DNA of 64,000 bases from Patescibacteria group bacterium (GTDB lineage: Bacteria > Patescibacteriota > Patescibacteriia > JACRDY01). Within the stretch, counting starts at the first letter, position 1. Every line of letters starts with the position of its first letter. The notes below the pieces were generated by a model that saw only the letters and a list, made by a program, of their open reading frames with translations, was not told where the DNA came from and did not search any database. Position numbers and translations under genes: made by a program. The stretch covers positions 80,160 through 144,159 of the forward strand of contig JBAZFH010000002.1 in assembly GCA_041653535.1 (NCBI GenBank), read 5' to 3'. Positions 48,316 to 59,455 of the stretch are shown here, piece after piece.

Positions 48316-48575
48316 TGGATGACCTAGAAAAAGAAATAGACCTGATCAAAGAACGCAACAAAAGAGTAGAATCGGATAAAGCCTGGGAACTAAGTTTTTT
48401 TAGAAAACTAGTTATTGCTATTTTGACTTATATCCTGATCACTCTTTTTTTCTTAGCTGCCGGAATAGAAAAGCCGTTTGTTAATGCGCTAGTGCCAACA
48501 GTTGCTTTTATTTTATCTGGTTTATCTTTGGCATTTTTTAAGAAAATTTGGTTAAAATATTTTTATAAAAAATAA
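48316..48575 (+). CDS. small membrane protein
   Basis: 86-aa ORF with two TM helices; the track ORF start at 48255 lies inside tRNA-Pro and is rejected. Confidence 0.35.
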
Positions 48576-48589
48576 TCGCGCGGGTATCG

Positions 48590-48661
48590 TATAGCGGTTA
48601 TTATCTCAGTTTTCCAAACTGATGATGCGGGTTCGACTCCCGCTACCCGCTGATAAAAAAT
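48590..48661 (+). tRNA. tRNA-Gly(TCC)
   Basis: gcgggtatcgtatagcggttattatctcagttTCCaaactga...ctacccgct. Confidence 0.8.
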
Positions 48662-48708
48662 AACCAATAATCTGGTTATTTTTTATTTTTAGTGTTACTG
48701 TTGAGTAT

Positions 48709-49302
48709 ATGCTTCAATATCTTATTTTTATAGCCGCTATCGTTCAATTGATGGGATCTCTCTTGTATGTTAAAGAAACTCTTAAAGGTAAAAATAAGCC
48801 AAACAAAATAACCTGGCTAATCTGGTCATTGGCTCCTTTTATCGGCACTGCCGCAGCTATGAGTAACGGAGTGGGTTGGGCGGTGTTGCCTGTTTTTATG
48901 TCGGGGTTTGGCCCATTTTTAATATTTATATCATCTTTTTATAATCCGCAATCTTATTGGAAGCTAGGGTTTTTTGATTATGTTTGTGGGGCGCTAGCTA
49001 TTCTTGCTTTAGTCTTGTGGGCAATAACAAAGCAGCCGATAGCGGCTATATTATTAGCGATAACCAGTGATGTTTTGGCGGCCATACCAACGGTTATAAA
49101 AACTTGGCGGTATCCAGAAACCGAAACCGTACAGCCCTACATTACCAGTTTGTTTGGTGCTCTGACCGGGTTTTTTGCTATCAAGGTTTGGATATTATCA
49201 GCCTATGCTTTTATCACCTACCTAGCTCTGCTAGATAGCTTTGTTGTGATTATGTATTACTATCGTTTAAAAAAGAAGGCTTCTTATGCACAGAATCAGT
49301 AA
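48709..49302 (+). CDS. membrane hypothetical protein
   Basis: 197-aa ORF with 5-6 TM helices. Confidence 0.45.
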   Translation: MLQYLIFIAAIVQLMGSLLYVKETLKGKNKPNKITWLIWSLAPFIGTAAAMSNGVGWAVLPVFMSGFGPFLIFISSFYNPQSYWKLGFFDYVCGALAILALVLWAITKQPIAAILLAITSDVLAAIPTVIKTWRYPETETVQPYITSLFGALTGFFAIKVWILSAYAFITYLALLDSFVVIMYYYRLKKKASYAQNQ

Positions 49303-49942
49303 GTATAAAATCACCAGCAAAAATATTGATTCGACGGCGGGTCGCGTGCTTAGCGACAAAGATTTTCTAAAAGTAATGTCGGAGTACGAAAAGACTTTAG
49401 TTGTTCCAGATAAAGGAAAAAAGGGAGTTATTCTTTGTCCAGTCGGGCAGGTGGGTGCGGGTAAAACTACGGTGGTAAAGCCGCTGGCCAAAAAGCTTGG
49501 TTTGTTGCGAATCTCTATGGATGAGATCCGCCGGATATTACTGCGCGATGGATTTAACTTAGTGCGAACCAAAGAAATGTTTTTGCAGTTGATGCTTAAG
49601 TATTTGGATCGTGGCTATGATTTTGTTGTTGATGCGGATTGTTCGCGAGATGTGAGTTTGATAAAAAAGATTGCCAAGGATTACGGCAAAAAAGTCATCT
49701 GGATCCACGTGAAGCCGCCGGAAAAGTATATTTTAAACAAACTAAAAAATTATAAACACTCTTGGCTTTTCAAAGATTCGGCTGAAGCGATCGCTTGCTA
49801 CCGCGCTCTCAAAAATATCCGTCGTGGTGTAGAAAAGAGAATAAAGTTTTTTTATACTTTCGATCCGTCAAAACCGGATCTAAATAAACAGGTTGAAAGA
49901 TTTTTAGTAAAATTGAATAAAGAGTCGACCGTGGGTCGATAG
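49286..49942 (+). CDS. P-loop NTPase / kinase-family protein
   Basis: ILCPVGQVGAGKTTV Walker A and DADCS Walker B-like motif. Confidence 0.5.
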   Translation: MHRISKYKITSKNIDSTAGRVLSDKDFLKVMSEYEKTLVVPDKGKKGVILCPVGQVGAGKTTVVKPLAKKLGLLRISMDEIRRILLRDGFNLVRTKEMFLQLMLKYLDRGYDFVVDADCSRDVSLIKKIAKDYGKKVIWIHVKPPEKYILNKLKNYKHSWLFKDSAEAIACYRALKNIRRGVEKRIKFFYTFDPSKPDLNKQVERFLVKLNKESTVGR

Positions 49943-49954
49943 TCTCCGTAGGGG

Positions 49955-49995
49955 CGATTCATGCCTGCCCGCCTCTGGAGGGAATCGCCCCTACC
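49955..49995 (-). repeat. third, inverted, partial copy of the tRNA-Cys-flanking repeat
   Basis: gcctgcccgcctctggaggg is the reverse complement of ccctccagaggcgggcaagc; embedded in a 13-bp stem gtaggggcgattc/gaatcgcccctac. Confidence 0.45.
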
Positions 49996-50023
49996 ATGAC
50001 CAACACCCAGAACATGGCTAATA

Positions 50024-50057
50024 AAAAATCCGTGTCTTACTGACACGGGTTTTTTAT
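50024..50057. terminator. bidirectional terminator between the P-loop gene and 16S rRNA
   Basis: aaaaaatccgtgtcttactgacacgggtttttt. Confidence 0.6.
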
Positions 50058-50157
50058 TTAACAACCAAAATGTGATAGAAACGCACTAACTGTAAAGTTG
50101 ATTAACCGCTCGACCAAAATTTTTACCTTAATAAAAAGGTAAAAACGTCTCTCCTTA

Positions 50158-51641
<1,484 letters not shown>

Positions 51642-52337
51642 GAGTTTTTAATAAAAGCTCTAGAAAAATTTTAGGTTTTTTTAATGAAAGCCCAAAAAAA
51701 CATTATACGAGGGCAAGGTTTTTACGCCCTGCCAATAAAAGATCAAATAGAAATAGGCGATTAACCACTATAAAGTGGTGGTTTCTATCACACTTCGATT
51801 GTCAACGACCTTTTTCGTTTTTTCTAAATTTAGCTAACGAAAAAACAGTGCCGGCCAAATCAGCTCCCCCACTTCCTACGCCATTTTTTATAAATCTGGG
51901 TAGAAAGTTGAGCCGTTATTTTCACTCCTCTAAGGCTCTGGAGTGAAAAGTGGGGGATACTCAGCCATCACTGTTTTTTCACTACTTATCACTCCTGCTA
52001 ACAAGCGGGGGGACAGTATAGGTCCAAAATTGAATTGTTATGTATTTTGGAGGAACTTTTTAACCTTAAAATTTAGGTGGTGTTATTATATATCATCCAT
52101 AAATGTTGTCAAGGGGAGAACGAGGGATGGAGAAAAGGATTTCTTGGATATATATATATTCTGTATCCGGCACCATGTTTTCTCGGTTTTCTTAATCTTT
52201 TTGACTTTTAGTGCTAATTTTACTATATTAACCCGTGTGGGATAAAACCGCTACGCCTAGTAGGTCTGGCGACCCGCACTTTGACAATCCTAATCTACTG
52301 CTCTGAAAGTCGGAGCAACGGAAAAAAGGAGAGGAAA

Positions 52338-53228
52338 ATGGATCAAAAGAAGAGGCTACGTAGTTTTGGCGTTCTGATTTTATACAACCCTTGGACCGGC
52401 AAGCAAAACGAGTTGATTGAACTGAACGATAAAGCCTGGGAAAAAGTAAATGACAAAGATTGTTTTACTTTTTCCGTGTATGGTTCTTGCGATGAGAATT
52501 GGTCTCAACAAGAAAGCCATGGTCGTTCTTTGTTCACCATCGTCATCGACAACAAAAACGACAAATCTTCGTTAAGGGATCCCGAAGAGGTTCTTAATAA
52601 CCTCGATACTATTGTCGGATTGATGAGCAAATATCGTTTCTTTGAAAACGATATCGGCACCAAGGTGGTCAAGGAGTTTGTTTCTTTGGTTATTCCTGTG
52701 TTTGGTAGCGCGGTGAAGCGTTGGCTTAAAGCCGGCATTGACGATATTAAGGATGATGAAGTTAGTGACCTTTATGGTTTGGCTGTCGTCCTGCGGAACA
52801 TTTTAGAACTTCATCAGGAAAGAAATACCGGTGGGTTAGTTGCAACTAAAAAAGCGATCAACGCCATCGAAATGTTTTTCCGTGGCATCTCGGAGGAAGT
52901 CAAAAAAATGTTGGAAGCGGAGCCGGTCGGATTGGTTATGCGGGTTCGCGGCGAGGAAAAACAAAATTCCAAGCCTCCACGAAAATTGCAACTCGGTGAT
53001 CAAATGTATTGGAATCAAATGAGCCGAAAGATTGGTTTTAGACGTGGTGATGACCGACTGTGTCTTGATTCTGACGACGATGACAATATTACCATTCCTG
53101 TCAGTATACAGGAAGAGGAAGAGTTTTATCGTTTGGCGCGGATGATCGCCTCAACTCATCGTTTGAAGGTGAATATTATTCCGCAAAATTTGCCGTGGTA
53201 TTTTGTGGTTGAGTTCGTCGCGTCATAA
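52338..53228 (+). CDS. hypothetical protein
   Basis: start chosen at the Met after RBS aaaaaggagaggaaaATG (track ORF begins at 52281); no family recognised. Confidence 0.45.
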   Translation: MDQKKRLRSFGVLILYNPWTGKQNELIELNDKAWEKVNDKDCFTFSVYGSCDENWSQQESHGRSLFTIVIDNKNDKSSLRDPEEVLNNLDTIVGLMSKYRFFENDIGTKVVKEFVSLVIPVFGSAVKRWLKAGIDDIKDDEVSDLYGLAVVLRNILELHQERNTGGLVATKKAINAIEMFFRGISEEVKKMLEAEPVGLVMRVRGEEKQNSKPPRKLQLGDQMYWNQMSRKIGFRRGDDRLCLDSDDDDNITIPVSIQEEEEFYRLARMIASTHRLKVNIIPQNLPWYFVVEFVAS

Positions 53229-53441
53229 AAAAAATATCAGTGCATATCTGTAACGCTTAGCGGCACTGTGGTGAGCATTTCTTTGCTCGCACTAATTTAG
53301 TGTTCCGCCAGCCGTCGCAAATGATGGATTGGGACAAGTTCGATTAACAACATTCAACAAAACCCCGTTAGAAACGACGGGGTTTTTAAATATTAGAAAA
53401 ATTTAATCTTGGATATTATAGGGTCAAAATAGGCCCTATTT

Positions 53442-54095
53442 TTATTTTTTGCTTATCCCTTTTCGCCACTCGGCGATTTTTTTGTGGTCACCGGAAAGGA
53501 GGATTTTTGGCACACGCCATTTTTGTTTGCCGGCAGTAAAAACTCCCGGGCGAGTGTAATGAGGATATTCTTTGTAGTTTTTGTCGCCAGAAAAGGTTTC
53601 TTCTTTCGTCGATTCGTGTTTACCTAGCACACCGGGGATCAGTCGTGTCGTTGCTTCGATCACAGTCATAGCTGGTATCTCTCCGCCGGATAGGACATAG
53701 TCGCCAGTTGAGATTCTTTCATCAACTAGTTTTTTGATTCTTTCATCAAATCCTTCATAGCGGCCGCAGAGCATTATTATTTGATCGTAGGTCAAAAACT
53801 TTTGCGCCATCTTTTGGTCAAACTTTTTTCCGGCTGGGTCAAACATTATGACGTGTGTTTTTTCGGCGCGTTTAATCTTTTTTAAAGTCTTATAAAAAGG
53901 CTCAACCATCAGTAGCATTCCCGGACCGCCACCATAAGGTCGATCGTCGACAGTATGATGTCGATCGGCAGTAACCTCGCGAAGATTGTGGATCCGAATT
54001 TTCACCTTCTTTTTTTTCTGGGCGATCTTAAGAATCGACTCGTTGATATAAGAATCGAAGATACGGGGAAATATTGTGATAATATCGAAAAGCAT
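53442..54095 (-). CDS. trmD: tRNA (guanine37-N1)-methyltransferase
   Basis: MLFDIITIFPRIF...RPYGGGPGMLL...LCGRYEGFDER TrmD signature. Confidence 0.92.
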   Translation of the reverse strand: MLFDIITIFPRIFDSYINESILKIAQKKKKVKIRIHNLREVTADRHHTVDDRPYGGGPGMLLMVEPFYKTLKKIKRAEKTHVIMFDPAGKKFDQKMAQKFLTYDQIIMLCGRYEGFDERIKKLVDERISTGDYVLSGGEIPAMTVIEATTRLIPGVLGKHESTKEETFSGDKNYKEYPHYTRPGVFTAGKQKWRVPKILLSGDHKKIAEWRKGISKK

Positions 54096-54099
54096 AAAT

Positions 54100-54152
54100 A
54101 GGATGATAAGAGGTTAGGAGGGTAGGATGTTAGGATGTTAGGAGGGTAGGTG
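54100..54152. repeat. low-complexity TAGGATG/GGTAGG tract (left arm; also abuts the trmD start)
   Basis: ggatgataagaggttaggagggtaggatgttaggatgttaggagggtaggtg; inverted partner at 54604-54650. Confidence 0.55.
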
Positions 54153-54245
54153 AAATAGTTTAAAAATATTTAATAATTTTTTTTAGATCTATTTAATCTA
54201 CCATTAGCTATATTCTAGACGCTTTAACTAATAACTGCAAATTCT

Positions 54246-54605
54246 ATGACAACCAAATCGTTTCGTGATTTAATCGTCTGGCAAAAAAGCTTCGAGCTAA
54301 CTAAAGAAATCTATCAATTAACCAAATTATTCCCAAAAGACGAGCTATTTGGCTTAACCTCTCAGATTAAGAGAGCGACCGTTTCTGTCCCCTCCAACAT
54401 CGCTGAAGGGTGCGAAAGAGGCTATAAGCAAGAATTGCTTAGGTTTTTATTGATTGCCCTCGGTTCTGCCGGCGAATTAACAACTCAATTATTGATTGCT
54501 AGAGATTTGAAAATGGCAGAAAAAAAATATTTTATAAAATCCGAAGGGCTACTATTAGAAACGACTAAATTATTACATTGTTTTATCCGCAAGCTTAAAT
54601 CTTAA
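54246..54605 (+). CDS. four-helix-bundle protein (TIGR02436; 23S rRNA IVS protein family), second copy
   Basis: FPKDELFGLTSQIKRATVSVPSNIAEGCER signature. Confidence 0.8.
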   Translation: MTTKSFRDLIVWQKSFELTKEIYQLTKLFPKDELFGLTSQIKRATVSVPSNIAEGCERGYKQELLRFLLIALGSAGELTTQLLIARDLKMAEKKYFIKSEGLLLETTKLLHCFIRKLKS

Positions 54606-54650
54606 CATCCTATCCTTATATCCTCCTAACATCCTATCCTCCTATCTTCC
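54604..54650. repeat. right arm (CATCCTA tract) of the inverted repeat flanking the four-helix-bundle gene
   Basis: aacatcctatccttatatcctcctaacatcctatcctcctatcttcc. Confidence 0.55.
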
Positions 54651-54711
54651 TGTAAAAAACAAAAACCGCCGATTTTTCAACCGACGGTTTTAGTATCTAA
54701 AAGTTCAAAAT

Positions 54712-55074
54712 TTAGATTCTCAGATTGTCAACGTCAGAAGTGTCAATATCGACATGATCATTACGATCGTTGCGATTGTCGCTTCTGCGAACGTGGGTAG
54801 AACCCTCTGGTTCGTTGATTTTCAAGTTAACGCGAGCGTTGTTTTTTGCACCGACAATTTTGAGAAGAGTGCGGATCGCTCTAGCAGTTTGACCCTGGCG
54901 ACCGATAACATAGCCCATATCGGCTGGGTTGATGGACAGGGTGATAAGAACACCGCGTTCATCGATTGTGCGCACGGTCTTGACGTCTTCCGGGTGTGAT
55001 ACGATTGATTTGACCACATCCTCGACAAACTTTTGATCGAGTTCCATAGTTTCTTCATTTACTTTATTAAACAA
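54712..55074 (-). CDS. KH-domain RNA-binding protein (YlqC/UPF0109-like)
   Basis: VIGRQGQTARAIRTLLKIV GxxG KH motif; genomic context of rpsP and trmD. Confidence 0.7.
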   Translation of the reverse strand: MFNKVNEETMELDQKFVEDVVKSIVSHPEDVKTVRTIDERGVLITLSINPADMGYVIGRQGQTARAIRTLLKIVGAKNNARVNLKINEPEGSTHVRRSDNRNDRNDHVDIDTSDVDNLRI

Positions 55075-55229
55075 CTCGGTTAGTTACCCAAAAGGGACTT
55101 AACCGTAATTAGCTATCATTATAGCAGATAGATCCATTTTGTCAATAATTTAAGGTAAAAATGTTTAAATTTACTTGATTTTTTTCTTTAAATATGCTAA
55201 AATTTAAAAAGATAAAATAAATTATTTTT

Positions 55230-56927
55230 ATGCCAAATAAAGAGAATAATTCCCTTTTTAGACCAGTAGGAAAAGAGAAAAAAAGGACAGCCGAGCAAGA
55301 AGTTGCCTTAGAGGTTTTGTTGGAGTTTTTACTTGTAAAACATGCTCATAAAGTCAATGAGGGAAGCAAAGGTGTTATTTATCACCTCAATACTACCGAA
55401 GTGGCGGCTGACATTATGGCTTCTTTGGAAAAAACAGATACCAGGCTAGAGTCAGAGGAGGCTCTAAAAGTTTTGAAAATATACAATCCAGGAGAAGGGG
55501 TGGAAGAGTTTGCTATGCAGAGTATGGCTTACGAGATAGTTGAAACAGCGAGGCAAATGGGTATGACTGATTTGGCGTCGGTTCCCAAGCCAATACTTTT
55601 TAAAAAACTAAAAATAAAGTCAGAGGATCAAAAGATGTTGGAAGGTGACGGTATAGAGTTTGATGATGATGGTGATGTGGAAATGATAGTAATGGATTTT
55701 ATTCACGGAGAGGATCTAGCGACTATTTATTATAAAGCAGTGGTCTGGGATCGACTACAAAAAGAATACCACGCAAAAGGAGCAAGTCCCGACAGCCCAG
55801 AGTATCAGACAGCAAAGCAGGCTTTTGACGATATTTGTCGTAATGGTTTTGATCGGATCAGCCAAGAAGCCACCGCCAATCTTTTTAATCAGACCAGAGC
55901 GCTCGATTCCAGTGGTGTAGAAAGAGAAAACACCAAAAGGCTCTGGGATAAATTGCGTGAGATAAAATTTTCTTTATCTGGTGATATTCCGCGACAGATA
56001 GAGCGGACTATTCGGCTTTTTGAAGCCTGCGGTTTTGAATACCTCGATGGTCATCAGAGAAATTTTATGGTTTCTGGTGATATCCGTTCTTTGGGCGGAC
56101 CGGACGCACCGCAGACATCTATTATTGACTACGGCAAAGCGGTAAAAAGAAATCAGCCCATATCTACTATGCCTGATAGATACAAAGATCAGGTGATGGG
56201 GCAAGAAGTTTCTTATCGTGATCCGCATAGTATCGTGACAGAGATAAATATGATCAACAAGGTAATCACGGCTAGTCCGGAATCAAATAAACAAGAAAGA
56301 ATAAAAGAAGTCAGAGGTCTGATTGATACGGAAAAGAAAAGCGCTAGACACAAAAATTTGCTAGCCGCTATCAGTGCCCAAGGAACCGAAAAGTCAGTGC
56401 CGGCTATTGAGCAATTAGCAAGAAAAGCACATCCGGACAAAGATTATGGGGTTGGTTTGTGTACCGCAGTTTTGTCTTTGATAGAAAGTGGCGAACTGTC
56501 GAAAGCAGAATCTGTTGCTTATCTGCAGGATGTTTTGGAAGAAACAACGATAAAAGAAATAATTGGCTCAGCTTTTTTACAAGGCAAAACCAGGGAAGAT
56601 CTGGTTGTTGAAATGCAAAAGATAGAGCAAAAAGAAAAGAAGGCGGTAAAGTCCGGTAAAGAATTGTCGGAAAAAAGTAAAAAAATGAAACAAGTTTTAA
56701 ATAAAGTCTTGCCATATCTGGAAGAAATAAAAGCCGAGGTTGATGATTTGCGAGGCGTGCCGGGACAACTAACTACTGAGGTTAAAAACAACTTTAGGGT
56801 GATTGGTCAGTTCTTGACGCTACTTGATTCTGGTGACACCCAAGCAATCGAAAGACAGCATATTTTTTCATTGCAGGATAGAGAAGTGATTGAGCAAGTA
56901 GCAAAAAAGTTTTTGTCGATAACTTAA
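55230..56927 (+). CDS. atypical protein-kinase-like fold protein with C-terminal helical extension
   Basis: glycine-loop-like EGSKGVIY; candidate lysine in LKVLKI; hinge IVMDFIHGEDL; catalytic-loop-like LDGHQRNFMV; DFG-like IIDYGKA. Confidence 0.45.
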   Translation: MPNKENNSLFRPVGKEKKRTAEQEVALEVLLEFLLVKHAHKVNEGSKGVIYHLNTTEVAADIMASLEKTDTRLESEEALKVLKIYNPGEGVEEFAMQSMAYEIVETARQMGMTDLASVPKPILFKKLKIKSEDQKMLEGDGIEFDDDGDVEMIVMDFIHGEDLATIYYKAVVWDRLQKEYHAKGASPDSPEYQTAKQAFDDICRNGFDRISQEATANLFNQTRALDSSGVERENTKRLWDKLREIKFSLSGDIPRQIERTIRLFEACGFEYLDGHQRNFMVSGDIRSLGGPDAPQTSIIDYGKAVKRNQPISTMPDRYKDQVMGQEVSYRDPHSIVTEINMINKVITASPESNKQERIKEVRGLIDTEKKSARHKNLLAAISAQGTEKSVPAIEQLARKAHPDKDYGVGLCTAVLSLIESGELSKAESVAYLQDVLEETTIKEIIGSAFLQGKTREDLVVEMQKIEQKEKKAVKSGKELSEKSKKMKQVLNKVLPYLEEIKAEVDDLRGVPGQLTTEVKNNFRVIGQFLTLLDSGDTQAIERQHIFSLQDREVIEQVAKKFLSIT

Positions 56928-56957
56928 AAATATCTCTGTTTTTTAGATAAAAAAGAA

Positions 56958-56990
56958 AACCGCTCGCCTAGGCGAACGGTTTTTGATTTG
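56958..56990. terminator. hairpin terminator
   Basis: aaccgctcgcctaggcgaacggttttt. Confidence 0.5.
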
Positions 56991-57377
56991 GATTTAATCC
57001 AGGATTTCTATTGGCGACCGACCAATAGTCTTGCCGCCTTTGCCTTTCCACTGCAGTTTGTTTCCTTCACAGGAGACACAAACGACTAACCCTCGCTCTT
57101 TGGCCTTTTTTTTCAGTAAATCGAGTTGTTTTTTTTGGGCAGTGGTCAGGACAATTCTTTTTTTGGACTCCTTTTTTTTCTTGATTTTTTGCATGTTCAT
57201 GATGTTTTCCCTCTCTTGACCCCATTAATCCAAATAAAAAATATTGAGCTAAGGTATATTAGGATAAAGATAATAATTTGTCAAGGTAATGACAAGAATT
57301 GACTAGATGCTATTTTGATAAAAATAAAAACCGGCAACCTCGATGAGGCTGCCGGTATGGATGTTTGTGTCCAGAGG

Positions 57378-58037
57378 TTATTTTTTGGTTTTTTGTTCGA
57401 ATACCGACCAGGCGAAAATTTGCGCTAGGTCGTCCTGCTCTACCGGTTCCAGAAAGCTTTGTTCAAGCCAAGCCCTTGTCGTAGCAAGATCTGTCTCGAG
57501 ATTTTTTGCTACCGGCCGGACAAAGGTGTGGCGCTCCAATGCTTCTCGGAAGATAGTGATCACTCCGAGCAGTCGATGAACGATCTGCATCAAGCCGCTC
57601 GCGCGTTGACTTAATTTGCAAATCATTTCGTTCTTTTCCGTGACCGTTTTTGTGAGCTGCTCATTACGAGTCAGTTGACTCGCGAGTTGCTCCTTCAATT
57701 CGGCGTACGTCGGCCCACCATCTTGGGGCTTGTCCCAACTTGCGCCGGGGATCGCCGCGCCGGAACGGATGTCGAGCACCAGCTCGGCCATGGTTTTCAG
57801 CTCTTCGGGCTTGCAAGCTCCTTCGATGGTAAACTCAAAGTAGCTCACCGCCGCCTTGCCGCTGGTGTGTCCGATTTCCAGCGACACTTCCAGTTTGACC
57901 CCGTCTTTTTGGTAGATGCCGCGCTGGCGACAGCCGCCGCTAAGCAGACTGGTTTCGGTCCATTTGATTCTGACCGAAGCACTCATAACCGCCGCCAGCA
58001 GCTCTTCCGGCACTCGACCTTCGAGTATATCTAGCAA
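57378..58037 (-). CDS. GC-rich hypothetical protein (TTG start)
   Basis: 219-aa ORF with GC about 50% against ~38% background; preceded by a 28-aa ORF with a good RBS. Confidence 0.45.
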   Translation of the reverse strand: MLDILEGRVPEELLAAVMSASVRIKWTETSLLSGGCRQRGIYQKDGVKLEVSLEIGHTSGKAAVSYFEFTIEGACKPEELKTMAELVLDIRSGAAIPGASWDKPQDGGPTYAELKEQLASQLTRNEQLTKTVTEKNEMICKLSQRASGLMQIVHRLLGVITIFREALERHTFVRPVAKNLETDLATTRAWLEQSFLEPVEQDDLAQIFAWSVFEQKTKK

Positions 58038-58340
58038 CTTGAGGTCGACGTGATAAGTCTCGCCTTGATTAAATTGTCAAAGGCGAATTCCCGCAATTTC
58101 TTTCTTGTCCTTATTGCCGGGAACTTCTTTTGCTTGGGTAGAGTCAACAAACAAGCGAATAACCATGGTACACTTCCTTTCTGCCAACTTTTGGTCCGGT
58201 GGGTCGGTGGTCCGCCCATCCGAAGTTGGTCAGTAAATTGGGAACGATCAATTCCTCACACTATGTGAGAGAATACTAAACAATATCATATTTTATAAAT
58301 ATTGTCAATAGTAGCTCGTTACCAATGCTTATAAATAGCA

Positions 58341-58369
58341 AAAACCCCTATATTTAGGGGTTTTTGATA
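58341..58369. terminator. bidirectional terminator downstream of rpsP
   Basis: aaaaacccctatatttaggggttttt. Confidence 0.6.
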
Positions 58370-58391
58370 GGAGTAGTGTGGAAATAGTTTT

Positions 58392-58802
58392 TTAGGCAGT
58401 AGCAGCTGGTTCTTCTGGTTTAACTTCTGGAGCTGAAGCGGCTTCAGCTGGTGCAGCAGGCGCTTCTGGGGCAGCCTCTGGAGTAGCAGTAGTAGCAGGC
58501 TTTGGAGCGGCTTCAGCTGGTTTCTCGGTCTTTACTAAACGAAAGGCTTTCACCTTTTTACCTTCGACAATTTTTTGGTCAACCAAAAGATTGTGAACCG
58601 TTGGAGTGGGTTGGGCGCCTTTACTTAGCCAATATTTGATTCTTTCAGTATTAAACTGGATAGTTTTAGGATTGGTTCGTGGATTATAAGAACCGAGATA
58701 CTCGATAGCCTTGCCTAGATTGTCTTTGGCACGGTCAAAAATAGCTAAACGGTAAGTTGGACGTTTTTTCGCGCCAAATCTGGCTAAACGTATTCTAATC
58801 AT
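58392..58802 (-). CDS. rpsP: 30S ribosomal protein S16 (with Ala/Pro-rich C-terminal extension)
   Basis: MIRIRLARFGAKKRPTYRLAIFD typical S16. Confidence 0.9.
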   Translation of the reverse strand: MIRIRLARFGAKKRPTYRLAIFDRAKDNLGKAIEYLGSYNPRTNPKTIQFNTERIKYWLSKGAQPTPTVHNLLVDQKIVEGKKVKAFRLVKTEKPAEAAPKPATTATPEAAPEAPAAPAEAASAPEVKPEEPAATA

Positions 58803-59047
58803 AGTATAAAATAAAGGGTTTTATTTAATAGTCACGGTTGAGCACAATGACGGTAGGAATAGAATAACAAAACGGCTTAATTTAGTCAAGGACGTAAAGT
58901 AGGGGGTGTGGCATCTTGTCAAAAGCGTATTTTAATCATGTGTTAGACATTTCGTATCTTGTTTATAACTTTTTGAAATATTGACCTAAGCGGTATGCGG
59001 GCGGATAATTTATTAATAAATGGTAATTTTTAATTTTACGAAAAGAT

Positions 59048-59341
59048 ATGGATTTTCCCGAAAGCCAGAAGAGTTCTATTGCTAATAGCTCGACGCTAAA
59101 AAAAGTAATGTCCAAAGACGCAGCGTCTTTAATCGCTGAAATCGATAATTTGCGTACTAAGATAGACGCGGCAAAGGTTTTTCTAGCGGAGAATGAAAAT
59201 ATCGATCCGGGTGTGATTAATGTTACCGAAGCGGAAATCTCCCGTTGTCAGGAGCGAATATATTTTTTGGAGCGAGAGGTGGAAAAGTTTGACCGTGATA
59301 GCGGGCTGAAGAAAAACCAAAAAAATAATCAGCAAGATTGA
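59048..59341 (+). CDS. hypothetical coiled-coil protein
   Basis: 97-aa ORF; terminator at 59363-59396. Confidence 0.35.
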   Translation: MDFPESQKSSIANSSTLKKVMSKDAASLIAEIDNLRTKIDAAKVFLAENENIDPGVINVTEAEISRCQERIYFLEREVEKFDRDSGLKKNQKNNQQD

Positions 59342-59455
59342 AAAATATAAATTAGTTAAATAAAATCGCCTGGTAGTTATCGGGCGATTTTTTTTGTTAT
59401 CATAAAAAATCTCGCCATACAGCGAGGCGTTGTTACTTTGTGGGTCATGGTTTTA

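Noticed and set aside
58081-58166. 28-aa ORF upstream of 57378-58037 (MVIRLFVDSTQAKEVPGNKDKKEIAGIRL)
   Set aside because: It has a good RBS, but it is too short to assess. It could be a frameshifted N-terminus of the downstream gene, so it is not called
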